The translations under genes were made by a program, and so were the position numbers. Shown one piece after another: positions 20,280-29,751 of a stretch of 64,000 bases of DNA; position 1 is the stretch's first letter, and each line of letters starts with the position of its first letter. The stretch comes from an uncultured Rhodospirillaceae bacterium. Lineage in GTDB: Bacteria; Pseudomonadota; Alphaproteobacteria; GCA-2731375. The DNA lies in assembly GCA_964590195.1 (NCBI GenBank), contig CAZPWJ010000016.1, positions 1,477 through 65,476 of the forward strand, read 5' to 3'. The notes below the pieces were generated by a model, which had not been told where the DNA came from, made no database searches, and saw only the letters and a list, made by a program, of their open reading frames with translations.

Positions 20280-22406
20280 ATGAACATGCGCGATCTTGCC
20301 GCGATTGTCTGTTGCGCGGCATTGTCGACCCTGTTGTTGGCCGGGCCGTGGTCGGAACGCCTGAACGGCTTGTCCGTGGACACGTTGCACTGGCTGCGCG
20401 GCGCGGTGATGCCGCCGCCGCCGCGCAAGGACCTGCCCATAGCGGTCATCAGCATCGACGAGGCGACCTATCGGGCCAAACCGTTTCGCGATGCGCCGCG
20501 CGTGACCTGGACGCGGGAGATCGCCCAGGTGCTCAACGCCCTGCGCGCGGCGGACGCCGCGGTGGTGGGATTTGACCTGATTTTTCCGACCTCGATGGAA
20601 AAGTACCTGCGCGGCTTTGACCGGGACTTCCTGCTGGCATTGCGCGGTCTGGCCAGGGGCGGACGGGTGGTGTTGAGCAAGGTGCAGCATTCGGACGCCC
20701 CCATCGCACCCCATGCGGGGCAAAGCTTCGCCGTTGGCCATGGCCGCAATATCCGCGTCGTCAATCTGCTGGAGGATACGGACGGCATTATCCGGCGGAT
20801 GCCGCTTACCTTCAAGGTAAGCGGCAAGGATGGCGCGCAACGCCATGAAGCTGCCTTTGCCACGGAAATCGCCCGCCGCCTCACCGGGGCGGAAATGTCA
20901 CTCTCGGCAACCGGTACGCTACAGCTTGACGGCAAGACCGTTCCGGGAACGGCCAATAACGCCCTCAACCTGAATTTCGACACCGGACCGAACGCCTTTC
21001 CGGTGCATTCCCTTGCCGATATTTACGAATGCGCCAAGTCCGGCGGAAGCGACTATCTGCGCCGGCATTTCGAAGGCAAGGCGGTGCTGATCGGCCTGGT
21101 CGTCGATGTGGAGGACCGTAAATTGACCGCCGCGCGTCTGACCACCGCCAATTTGTTAAACGCCGGCGCACCGGCCTGCGGCGGGAGCCAAGCGGCGAAA
21201 CATATCAGCGACCGCGACAGCCTGCCCGGGGTTTTTATCCATGCCGCCGCCATCGCCAATATTCTGCGCCAAGACGGCCTGCGCCTGCCCGGCCAGATCG
21301 GCCAAGCCGGGATAATTTTCGCCCTGACACTGGGCGCCGCCCTGTTGGCGATGTATTTCGCGCCTCTGGCTGGCGGCGCCCTGCTACTGGCCGAGGCCGT
21401 CGCCTGGGCCGTTGTCGCGGTGGCCGCCTTTCGCAGCCAATGGAGTCTGCCCCTGCTCAACGGCGCCATCGCCGCCGCACTCACCTTTGCCCTGATGCTG
21501 GCCTACCGCTTCACCGTGGCCGACCGGGAAAAGCGCTTCCTGCGCCAATCCTTTGCCCTTTACCTGGCGCCGTCGGTGATCAATCAATTGGTCGAGGCCG
21601 AGGAGCCACCGGCACTGGGCGGTGAAACCCGCGATATCTCCATACTGTTTTCGGATATCGCCGACTTCACGGCGATCTCGGAATCCCTGGCGCCGGAGGC
21701 CCTGGTCGCCGTCCTGAACGATTACCTTAGCGAGATGACGGATATCATCGAAAACCATGGCGGCTTTGTCGACAAGTATATCGGCGACGCCATCGTCGCG
21801 ATCTTCGGCGCGCCATTGAACGACCCCGATCATGCCGCCGCCGCCATCGCCGCGGCCATCGACTGCCGGCAACGGCTGGGCGAAATTCAGGACCGTTTCC
21901 AGCTGCCGCAAAACCGCCGGCTAGCGGCGCGGATCGGCGTCAACACCGGGCAGGCATTGGTTGGCAACATCGGCTCCACGCGGCGCTTCAATTACACCGT
22001 AATCGGCGATGCGGTGAATTTGGCCGCCCGCCTGGAAAGCGGCAACAAGTTGTTCGGGACCTCTGTGCTGCTTAGCGGTGAAACCGCCGCCCAGGGCGGG
22101 GCCGGCTTTGATCTGCGTGAAATTGATCAGGTCCGCGTTGTCGGGCGGCGGGAACCCGTGGCGATATTCGAACCCCTGGCGCGGCGCGGGGAAACTGCCT
22201 CCGGACCGGAGATCGATACGGCGGCTTATGCGGAGGCACTGGCCAGCTATCGGGCCGGAGATTTCGAACAGGCCGCCAGCCGCTTCGCGGCACTGGCACA
22301 AGCCGGCGACAAGGCCGCCGAGAGCATGTCGGCCCGTGCCGCCACGCTGGCCAAGGACCCACCCACAGGCCCCTGGGAAGGCGTTACAGACCTCACCTCG
22401 AAGTAA
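20280..22406 (+). CDS. CHASE2 sensor domain-containing class III adenylate/guanylate cyclase
   Basis: N-terminal transmembrane helix, a ~280-aa periplasmic region, three transmembrane helices, then a class III cyclase core (ISILFSDIADFTAISE ... KYIGDAIVAIFGAP ... RIGVNTGQALVGNIGS ... NYTVIGDAVNLAARLES). Confidence 0.85.
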   Translation: MNMRDLAAIVCCAALSTLLLAGPWSERLNGLSVDTLHWLRGAVMPPPPRKDLPIAVISIDEATYRAKPFRDAPRVTWTREIAQVLNALRAADAAVVGFDLIFPTSMEKYLRGFDRDFLLALRGLARGGRVVLSKVQHSDAPIAPHAGQSFAVGHGRNIRVVNLLEDTDGIIRRMPLTFKVSGKDGAQRHEAAFATEIARRLTGAEMSLSATGTLQLDGKTVPGTANNALNLNFDTGPNAFPVHSLADIYECAKSGGSDYLRRHFEGKAVLIGLVVDVEDRKLTAARLTTANLLNAGAPACGGSQAAKHISDRDSLPGVFIHAAAIANILRQDGLRLPGQIGQAGIIFALTLGAALLAMYFAPLAGGALLLAEAVAWAVVAVAAFRSQWSLPLLNGAIAAALTFALMLAYRFTVADREKRFLRQSFALYLAPSVINQLVEAEEPPALGGETRDISILFSDIADFTAISESLAPEALVAVLNDYLSEMTDIIENHGGFVDKYIGDAIVAIFGAPLNDPDHAAAAIAAAIDCRQRLGEIQDRFQLPQNRRLAARIGVNTGQALVGNIGSTRRFNYTVIGDAVNLAARLESGNKLFGTSVLLSGETAAQGGAGFDLREIDQVRVVGRREPVAIFEPLARRGETASGPEIDTAAYAEALASYRAGDFEQAASRFAALAQAGDKAAESMSARAATLAKDPPTGPWEGVTDLTSK

Positions 22407-23613
22407 TGCTCTCCACCGGCGTCCCTTCTTTCCGGCGCAGCATGACCACGGCAACGGCGATCACCGGCAGGCCGAGCGCCATATAGGCGGCCTGATAGCC
22501 GAAGGCGAAAAAGACCGCGCCGAACAGCATCGGGGCGGCGAGCTGCCCGGCATTGCCGAACGACAATACACCGCCGGTCAGGCGCCCGACCGCGCCATCG
22601 GGGGCAAGGCGCGCCACCTCGGACAATAGCACGCCGTTCCAGGACAGGGCGGTCATGGCAAGGACGATACAGACCAGGGTGACCTGCCACTGGCTCCAGC
22701 TTGGCGAAAAAGCACCCATGGCAGCCGCCGCCAGCGCCATCACCGCCGCCAGCAGGGCCAACAATATGCGCGCCGGCACAAGTGTGGAGGCGACCACGCC
22801 CCAAAATATCCGCGCCGGCACCGCGATCAGGGTGCTCAGACCCAGAATGGCGCCAGCCTCGACCGCCGAATAGTTCAGCTGTTCGTACAGATAGACCACG
22901 GTGAAATTTGTAAAGATGCTTTGCAGGCCAACGAAGACAAACGCCGCCATCGCCATGGCGCGCAGCGTAGGCTGCCGCCAGACAGAGAGAAGGGTTTCCT
23001 TCAGATCGCCAAAGGCCAGCTTTTGTTCGGGCCGCCGGTCACGGTCGAATGTCGCGCGGCAGGGCGCCAAACCCAGGGCAATCAACAGGCAGGTTCCGGC
23101 GACCACCCCCAATGCCTGTTGCCAGCCAATCCAGACCGACAGCGGCAGGATCAGGGCGCCGGCGATGGCGATACCGGCGGGAACACCCGTCTGCTTTATC
23201 GAGAAAATGATCGGCGCCAAATTTCGCGGCGCATAACGGGCCAAGATTTCAGAGCTGGCCGGCGTCGCCGATGTGGAGCCGGCGCTGATCAAGAGCGCAC
23301 CCATAATCACCATCACCAGACCAACGGTGGAGCCAAGGCCGGCCAGAGCGGCCAGGCCCAAACCGGCCGCCATCAACAGGCCGCCGACCTGGCTGATACG
23401 AATGGCGCCATAGCGGATAATGAAGGTGCCGCAGCCGGCCATCACCGCCATGCCCATGCAGGAATATATCCAGGTGTAGACCAGCACGGATTCCGAGGCC
23501 ACGCCCAAGGCCGGCGCCATGGCAGGAAAAAGTACTGGCACCGCTGTCTTGGCCGCCGTCGCCATGGTCTGCTGGACCAGCATGGCGACAACGGCGAGAA
23601 GCAGCAGAGGCAT
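22393..23613 (-). CDS. MFS transporter
   Basis: Twelve hydrophobic helices. Last gene of the minus-strand operon. Confidence 0.8.
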   Translation of the reverse strand: MPLLLLAVVAMLVQQTMATAAKTAVPVLFPAMAPALGVASESVLVYTWIYSCMGMAVMAGCGTFIIRYGAIRISQVGGLLMAAGLGLAALAGLGSTVGLVMVIMGALLISAGSTSATPASSEILARYAPRNLAPIIFSIKQTGVPAGIAIAGALILPLSVWIGWQQALGVVAGTCLLIALGLAPCRATFDRDRRPEQKLAFGDLKETLLSVWRQPTLRAMAMAAFVFVGLQSIFTNFTVVYLYEQLNYSAVEAGAILGLSTLIAVPARIFWGVVASTLVPARILLALLAAVMALAAAAMGAFSPSWSQWQVTLVCIVLAMTALSWNGVLLSEVARLAPDGAVGRLTGGVLSFGNAGQLAAPMLFGAVFFAFGYQAAYMALGLPVIAVAVVMLRRKEGTPVESITSR

Positions 23614-23620
23614 GGCCCGG

Positions 23621-24502
23621 TTATGCCGACGGGATCAGTTTTTTCAGCACGTCTTCCCGCAACTGGGCCAGGTTCTCGTCCAGTCTTCCAGCACTTAACC
23701 CATAGAAAGGCACCAACAGGCGCGCAACGCCCAGATCGCGATACGCTTCCAGGTCTTCCATGCCGTCGGCAAAGCCTCGCCAAAGAGCAGTAACCTCGAT
23801 GCTATTCGGATCACGGCCCGCCGTCTCCGCTGTTGCCCGCAACCGCCCTAGCGTATCCGCCAGCTCGGCGGCATCGCCGGTGAAACCGAACCAGCCATCA
23901 CCCATGGCCACCGTACGGCGCAGCGCCGCCGGGCTGTGACCGCCGATGATAATGGGCGGATGGGGCCGTTGGCTGGGCAGGGGATAGCTTTTGAAGCCGC
24001 GCCAATCCAGGTGATCGCTTTGATGCTCGACCGTTTCACCGGACCAGACCTTTTTCATCGCGGCAAGGTAATCGTCAAAGCGTTTGCCCCGGCCCGCGAA
24101 CGGCGCGCCCATGGCCTTGAACTCCTCCGCCAGCCAGCCAACACCCAGGCCCAGCAGCAGCCTGCCGCCCGAGAGTTGATCAAGCGAGGCCACCTGCTTG
24201 GCCAACAGCATGGGATTGCTTTGCGGCAGGATGTTGATGCCCGTGCCCAGGCGCAGCTTGGTGCTATGGGCGGCGATATACGACAATGTAATCAATGGAT
24301 CAACGAACGGCGTTTCCAGCGGTATGCCAAGCTTCCCCGAACTGTTGTAGGGATAGCGGGAGGCATAATCCTCGGGAATGATCACATGCTCGCCGGTCCA
24401 GACGGATTCAAAGCCGGCTGTTTCCAGCTTCGCAATCAGGGACGGCAGGGTGGCGGAGGCATCCACATGCCCCATGTTGATGCCGAACAGACCGACTTTC
24501 AT
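23621..24502 (-). CDS. LLM-class (luciferase-like) flavin/F420-dependent oxidoreductase
   Basis: 293 aa; MKVGLFGINMG ... LDQLSGGRLLLGLGVGW luciferase-like signature. Lies 8 nt upstream of the MFS gene. Confidence 0.8.
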   Translation of the reverse strand: MKVGLFGINMGHVDASATLPSLIAKLETAGFESVWTGEHVIIPEDYASRYPYNSSGKLGIPLETPFVDPLITLSYIAAHSTKLRLGTGINILPQSNPMLLAKQVASLDQLSGGRLLLGLGVGWLAEEFKAMGAPFAGRGKRFDDYLAAMKKVWSGETVEHQSDHLDWRGFKSYPLPSQRPHPPIIIGGHSPAALRRTVAMGDGWFGFTGDAAELADTLGRLRATAETAGRDPNSIEVTALWRGFADGMEDLEAYRDLGVARLLVPFYGLSAGRLDENLAQLREDVLKKLIPSA

Positions 24503-24513
24503 GACAAACGCCT

Positions 24514-25497
24514 CTACTTCAAGAGATCCCGGCAGGCCTCCGTGATGGCGGCCTGGCTCATGCCGTAGTGCTCCCGTACCTTGGCCGTCGGGCCAACGAT
24601 GCAGAATTCATCCGGCATGCCGATCATGCGCATGCGCGTGGGTTGTTCCAGGGCCAGCAGCTCGGCCACGGCACCGCCCAGACCACCAGTGGTGCGGTGT
24701 TCCTCCGCCGTGACAATGGCACCGGTTTCCGCCGCCGCCGCCAGCACCGCGTCGCGGTCCAGGGGCTTGATGGTGTGCATGTTCAAAACCCGCGCGCCGA
24801 CGCCATTCCCCGCCAGGGCATCCGCCGCCGCCAGGGCCGGTGCGACCAGGGCGCCGCAGGCGATCACCGTGACATCGCCGCCAGGGCGCAGTTGATCGGC
24901 CTTGCCGATTTTGAAACCATCGCCGGCGATATCGGCCACATTGGTTTCCTCGAACTTGCCGCCCAGGCGGATATAGCTGGGGCCGTCCAGAGCCTCGGCC
25001 GCCATGGCCGCATGCCAGGTCTGCCTCGCGTCCGCCGGCACCAGCACGGTCATGTTCGGCATGTTGCGCATGATCGCCAGGTCCTCCACCGCATGATGCG
25101 TTCCACCGGCCATGCCAAGGACGATACCGCCGCAGGCCGCGCCGATGACGACGCGCTGGTTGGCATAGGCCACGTCGTTGCGCAGCTGCTCCAAGGAACG
25201 GGCGGTAATGAAAGGCGCGTAACCGCAGATGATCGGCCGCATGCCCGTCGTCGCCAGGCCGGAGGCGATGCCCATGGCGCTTTGCTCGGCGATGCCGGCC
25301 TCGATCAGGCGTTCCGGGCTAGCTTCGAGAAAGCCGCGCAGACCAAACAGATCGATGGTGTCGGCGGAAATCGCCACCACCTTTTCATCCCTGCCGGCCA
25401 GTTCACCGACCGCCTGGCCAAAGGCCAGACGCGATTGGCTTTCCGACTTGCTGACCCACTCCGTATTCTTAAGGGGCGGCTGTTGTGCATCACTCAT
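24514..25497 (-). CDS. transketolase, C-terminal (pyrimidine-binding/C-terminal domain) subunit
   Basis: The split-transketolase B subunit is recognisable (AEQSAMGIASGLATTGMRPI...). The ATG at 25497 overlaps the stop of the N-terminal subunit gene (ATGA). Confidence 0.85.
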   Translation of the reverse strand: MSDAQQPPLKNTEWVSKSESQSRLAFGQAVGELAGRDEKVVAISADTIDLFGLRGFLEASPERLIEAGIAEQSAMGIASGLATTGMRPIICGYAPFITARSLEQLRNDVAYANQRVVIGAACGGIVLGMAGGTHHAVEDLAIMRNMPNMTVLVPADARQTWHAAMAAEALDGPSYIRLGGKFEETNVADIAGDGFKIGKADQLRPGGDVTVIACGALVAPALAAADALAGNGVGARVLNMHTIKPLDRDAVLAAAAETGAIVTAEEHRTTGGLGGAVAELLALEQPTRMRMIGMPDEFCIVGPTAKVREHYGMSQAAITEACRDLLK

Positions 25498-26327
25498 GAC
25501 GGCTCTCCCAACTCGGCCAGGGCTTTTTCGTAAACCTCGTCGGTGACCAGATTGTTGTGCCAAAGGAAACTGTCCTCGGCAAAGCTGACGCCCTTGCCCT
25601 TGATAGTGTGGGCGATGATCAGGGATGGCTTGTCCATGGCATAGGGCAGCGCGTCCAGGGCCTCGACCACGGCCGCCATGTCATGGCCGTCGATTTCGCG
25701 CACGGCCCAGCCAAAAGCGTCCCATTTCTGGGCCACCGGCTCCAACCCCATCATGCCGTTGACATGACCGCTTTGCTGGATCTTGTTGTAGTCCAGAATC
25801 GCCGTCAGGTTCGGCAGGCCCATATGGGCCGCCGCCATCGCCCCTTCCCAGTTGGAGCCTTCCTGCAGTTCGCCATCGCCGATCATCACGCAGGTGCGGA
25901 AATCCTTGCCCTGCATCCGCGCGCCCAGGGCCATGCCCATGGCGACGGACAGGCCGTGGCCCAGACCTCCCGTACTCATCTCCACGCCCGCCATCTTGAT
26001 ATCGGGATGCATGCCAAACGGCGATTGATAGGCGTAAAATTGATCCAGCACGCTGTCATCGATAAAGCCGGCGCGGGCCAGTGCCGCGCCAAGCGCTGCA
26101 TTGGCATGGCCCTTGGATAGGACAAAGCGGTCGCGGTCCGGCCAATCGGGCTCGTCGGGGCGCAGGCGCAGATGATGGAAATACAAGGCGGCGAGAATAT
26201 CCGCCGCCGACGATGAACCGCCCATATGCCCGGATCCGGCGGCGTGCAGGGCACGCCACACGTTACGCCGGATATGCAGGGCATCATTTTGCAGGCCCTC
26301 GATCTTGGCCTGATAATTACTTGTCAT
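25494..26327 (-). CDS. transketolase, N-terminal (thiamine-diphosphate-binding) subunit
   Basis: GSGHMGGSSSAADILAALYF, LSKGHA and GDGELQEGSNWEA thiamine-diphosphate-binding motifs. 277 aa. Confidence 0.85.
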   Translation of the reverse strand: MTSNYQAKIEGLQNDALHIRRNVWRALHAAGSGHMGGSSSAADILAALYFHHLRLRPDEPDWPDRDRFVLSKGHANAALGAALARAGFIDDSVLDQFYAYQSPFGMHPDIKMAGVEMSTGGLGHGLSVAMGMALGARMQGKDFRTCVMIGDGELQEGSNWEGAMAAAHMGLPNLTAILDYNKIQQSGHVNGMMGLEPVAQKWDAFGWAVREIDGHDMAAVVEALDALPYAMDKPSLIIAHTIKGKGVSFAEDSFLWHNNLVTDEVYEKALAELGEPS

Positions 26328-26359
26328 GAAAAATTGTCCTCTATACGCGACGCCGCCAA

Positions 26360-27202
26360 TCAGGAATTCGGCTGCAAGATTACCTCCAATTGGTCCTCGG
26401 GCACATAGACATAAGAGCCGGGACGGAAGTCATAGCCCAGATCGCCCAACAAACGCCGCTGGCGGGGTGTGCATTGTTCCGCCACATGGGATGCGACGGC
26501 ATAGTCGTAAGGGCGCACGAACATCTGGCAGTAGTTGTACAACAACGTCTTGCGCGCCTTGCCGGAGGTGTTGATGCCCGGTCCGTGCCACAGGGAATGG
26601 GAGAAAATGATGCAATCCCCTGCTTTTCCCATCAGCGGCACCGCGCCCGGCGTCGTCGGGGTCACGATCGGTTCGTCCAATTCCGGGAAGGGCCGCATGT
26701 GACTGCCCGGAAAGACCGTGAAATTGGCACTGTCAGGTTCAAGGACATCGGTCAGCAAATACAACGCCTTCATGGCCAGGGGCCGGCTAGTTTCCGTCAC
26801 CCGGACCCGGCGCAGGCCTTCGCCGCCGTCGGTATGGGTATAGCCGAGAAAGCCGGGGTCCGAGGCGCGCACGATGGCCTGGGACATGGAGAATGACAGA
26901 TAAGGCCCCATGATATCGACGATCAGGTCGAACACTTCCGGCCGGTCGATCAGGTCTCTGAATGCCTGGTCGTAGGGTAGTATGTCCCGGCGGTCCATGA
27001 AGCTTTCCGGATCCGGGTTGCCATGCTCCACCCAGCCGTAATGGCCGCGCGGCAGGTCGGTGGGCTCCCATCCCGGTTCGGCCCGCATGGCATCAACGGC
27101 ATCGCAAAGCGCCGCCGCTTCCCCGGCGTCGAAGACCCCTTCGAGATGGACATAGCCGTCAATTTCCCAGGCACGGCGCTGTTGTTTGGTTAAAGTTCGC
27201 AT
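26360..27202 (-). CDS. phytanoyl-CoA dioxygenase (PhyH) family Fe(II)/2-oxoglutarate-dependent oxygenase
   Basis: PhyH-like DSBH core with HTDGG ... HSLWHGPG His/Asp/His residues. ATG at 27202 is preceded by GGAGG. The ORF-track start at 27343 is an extension. Confidence 0.8.
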   Translation of the reverse strand: MRTLTKQQRRAWEIDGYVHLEGVFDAGEAAALCDAVDAMRAEPGWEPTDLPRGHYGWVEHGNPDPESFMDRRDILPYDQAFRDLIDRPEVFDLIVDIMGPYLSFSMSQAIVRASDPGFLGYTHTDGGEGLRRVRVTETSRPLAMKALYLLTDVLEPDSANFTVFPGSHMRPFPELDEPIVTPTTPGAVPLMGKAGDCIIFSHSLWHGPGINTSGKARKTLLYNYCQMFVRPYDYAVASHVAEQCTPRQRRLLGDLGYDFRPGSYVYVPEDQLEVILQPNS

Positions 27203-27333
27203 GATGGTTTCCTCCCCATTGCAAGCATGCTCCCAAATTGCCGCCCCTAAGACAACCATGTTTGCGCCTTGAATTGCCCGGTAAATCTGACACCTTGTGC
27301 ATGGCGGCAAAGAAACATGCAGGAGGATAACCC

Positions 27334-28125
27334 GTGCCCACACAAGATATGTCGAGCTGGCGGACCAGCATTTCCCAGGTCATCAGCACCGAGGAAGAAG
27401 AGGAAATCATGGTCCGGGGCCTGCCCTTGAGCCAGCTGATCGGCAAGATTTCATTCGCCGAGATGATGTTCCTGATGTTGCAGGGCAACCTGCCCACGGC
27501 GGAACAGGCGCATGTGGTGGATGCCCTGCTGGTTGCCTCGGTCGAGCATGGCATCGCGCCGCCATCCATGATCAGCCGTTGTTTTGCCTCCTACGGCACC
27601 TCGATCCAGGCGGCGGTGGGCGGCGGCGTGCTGGCGTTCGGCGACCGCATGGGCGGCCTCGGCGAACAATTGGGCCAGACCATGGTGGCGCATTTGGCTG
27701 GCCATGACCCGGCCAACCGGACAATCGATGATGCGGTCCTAGACGAGGTGGCGGCCCGCATCGTCAGGGAGGCTGGGGAAAGCGGACAGCGCGTACCAGG
27801 CTATGGCATCCCCCTGCACGGCGCAGACCCACGGGCGCCTGGCGTCCTGGCGGTAGCGCGTGAAAAAGGCACCTTTGGCAATTACTGCCGCCTTGGCATG
27901 GCGATCGAGGCGGCGCTGGCGGCCCAGCGCGGCGGCAAAGTAGTGCCCATGAACCTGGACGGCGTCGGCGCGGTGGTTATTCTTGATCTTGGCTTTGCCT
28001 GGCAAAGCACCCGGCTGTTTCTGCTGACCCCGCGTTCGGTTTCCATGGGCGCGCATTATTTGGAGGAGCAGGCACAGGACAGCACCTGGCGCCATATACC
28101 CGCCAGTCAAATCAGCTATGATTGA
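27334..28125 (+). CDS. citrate synthase-fold short protein (citryl-CoA lyase-like)
   Basis: 263 aa. VPGYGIPLHGADPRAPG resembles the citrate synthase PGYGH...DPR motif. Equivalent to the citrate synthase C-terminal large domain only. GTG start 7 nt after AGGAGG. Confidence 0.6.
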   Translation: MPTQDMSSWRTSISQVISTEEEEEIMVRGLPLSQLIGKISFAEMMFLMLQGNLPTAEQAHVVDALLVASVEHGIAPPSMISRCFASYGTSIQAAVGGGVLAFGDRMGGLGEQLGQTMVAHLAGHDPANRTIDDAVLDEVAARIVREAGESGQRVPGYGIPLHGADPRAPGVLAVAREKGTFGNYCRLGMAIEAALAAQRGGKVVPMNLDGVGAVVILDLGFAWQSTRLFLLTPRSVSMGAHYLEEQAQDSTWRHIPASQISYD

Positions 28126-28152
28126 GCACGGAATTAATTCAGGAGACCGCAG

Positions 28153-28503
28153 ATGCCTTTCAACGCCAAATACGCCTTCATGGTCAGCATGGATGTCGCT
28201 GCCGACAAGGAAGCCTTGTTTAACGAGGTCTATGACGACGAACATATCCCCGCCCTGTTGAAAGTAGACGGCGTGGTCGCGGTCTCCCGCCTGAAGACCG
28301 TGCCCGCCACCTTGGCCATGGGCGGCGAGGAACATGCGGTTACGGGAGAGGGGCTGCCCCATTACATCGCGATCTATGAAATCGACAGCCCGGATGTGCT
28401 GAACAGCGCCGCCTGGGCCGAAGCGGTGGAGGAAGGCCGCTGGGGCGGCCAGGTGCGCCCCTACACCACCAACCGGAGCCACGTCCTGCGTAAATTGATT
28501 TAG
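28153..28503 (+). CDS. hypothetical small protein (possible dimeric alpha+beta-barrel fold)
   Basis: 116 aa, AGGAG ribosome-binding site, 27 nt downstream of the citrate-synthase-like gene. Confidence 0.5.
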   Translation: MPFNAKYAFMVSMDVAADKEALFNEVYDDEHIPALLKVDGVVAVSRLKTVPATLAMGGEEHAVTGEGLPHYIAIYEIDSPDVLNSAAWAEAVEEGRWGGQVRPYTTNRSHVLRKLI

Positions 28504-29672
28504 GCCGTATCCTTGAACAGCTCCCGACCGATCAGCATGCGGCGGATTTCCGAGGTGCCGGCACCGATCTCGTACAGCTTGGCATCGCGCAGCAAACGGC
28601 CCGTGGGATATTCGTTGATATAGCCGTTGCCGCCCAGGGCCTGTACCGCCTCCAATGCCATCCAGGTCGCCTTCTCCGCCGCGTACAGAATGGCGCCGGC
28701 GGCGTCGGCCCGCGTGGTATCGCCCCGGTCACACGCCTTGGCCACGGTGTAAACGTAGGACTTGGCCGCATTCATGGTCGTGTACATATCGGCGACCTTG
28801 CCCTGCATCAGCTGGAATTCACCGATCGGCTGGCCGAACTGTTCGCGCTCGTGAATATAGGGCATGACCACATCCATGCAGGCCTGCATGATGCCAAGGG
28901 GCCCGGCGGAAAGCACCAGCCGTTCATAGTCCAGGCCGCTCATCAATATCCGCACGCCCTCGCCCACCGCACCCAGCACATTCTCTTCCGGCACGGCGCA
29001 ATCCTCGAACACCAGCTCGCAGGTATCCGAACCACGCATGCCCAACTTGTCCAGCTTTTGCGCCGTCGAAAACCCAGCAAAACCTTTTTCAATCAGAAAG
29101 GCGGTAATGCCCCGCGGCCCGGCCTCCGGATCGGTCTTGGCATAGACCACCAGGGTGTCGGCCTCCGGCCCATTGGTGATCCACATTTTGGAACCGTTCA
29201 GGATGTATTGATCGCCGCGCTTGTCCGCCCGCAGGCGCATGGAGACCACGTCGGAACCAGCACCCGGTTCGCTCATGGCCAGGGCGCCCACATGCTCGCC
29301 GCTGATCAGTTTCGGCAGATAGCGGCTTTTTTGCGCCGCGCTGCCCTGGCGGCGGATCTGGTTAACGCACAGGTTGGAGTGCGCGCCATAGCTGAGCCCG
29401 ACCGAGGCCGAGGCGCGGGAGATCTCTTCCATGGCGACACAATGTTCCAGATAGCCCAGGCCGGCGCCGCCGAATTCTTCTTCCACTGTTACGCCCAGAA
29501 CACCAAGATCGCCCAGTTGTGGCCAGAGATCCCGGGGAAAAACGTTGGAAGCATCGATCTCGGCCGCGCGCGGGGTGATCTGGTCGGCGGCAAAGCCGGC
29601 CACGCTGTCGCGGATCATATCGGCGGTTTCGCCCAGGCCGAAATCAAAGGCAGGCAATGCGTTGGGGATCAT
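28500..29672 (-). CDS. ivd: isovaleryl-CoA dehydrogenase
   Basis: Long stretches resemble isovaleryl-CoA dehydrogenase very closely ([16 protein letters not shown]...[29 protein letters not shown]...[26 protein letters not shown]). Confidence 0.85.
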   Translation of the reverse strand: MIPNALPAFDFGLGETADMIRDSVAGFAADQITPRAAEIDASNVFPRDLWPQLGDLGVLGVTVEEEFGGAGLGYLEHCVAMEEISRASASVGLSYGAHSNLCVNQIRRQGSAAQKSRYLPKLISGEHVGALAMSEPGAGSDVVSMRLRADKRGDQYILNGSKMWITNGPEADTLVVYAKTDPEAGPRGITAFLIEKGFAGFSTAQKLDKLGMRGSDTCELVFEDCAVPEENVLGAVGEGVRILMSGLDYERLVLSAGPLGIMQACMDVVMPYIHEREQFGQPIGEFQLMQGKVADMYTTMNAAKSYVYTVAKACDRGDTTRADAAGAILYAAEKATWMALEAVQALGGNGYINEYPTGRLLRDAKLYEIGAGTSEIRRMLIGRELFKDTA

Positions 29673-29751
29673 GGCGGCGTCCTCCGGTCTTGCTGAATAT
29701 TGGCCGCCCTTGATATCGCCAGAGCTGGCAAAAAGCTACAATTTGATCTTG

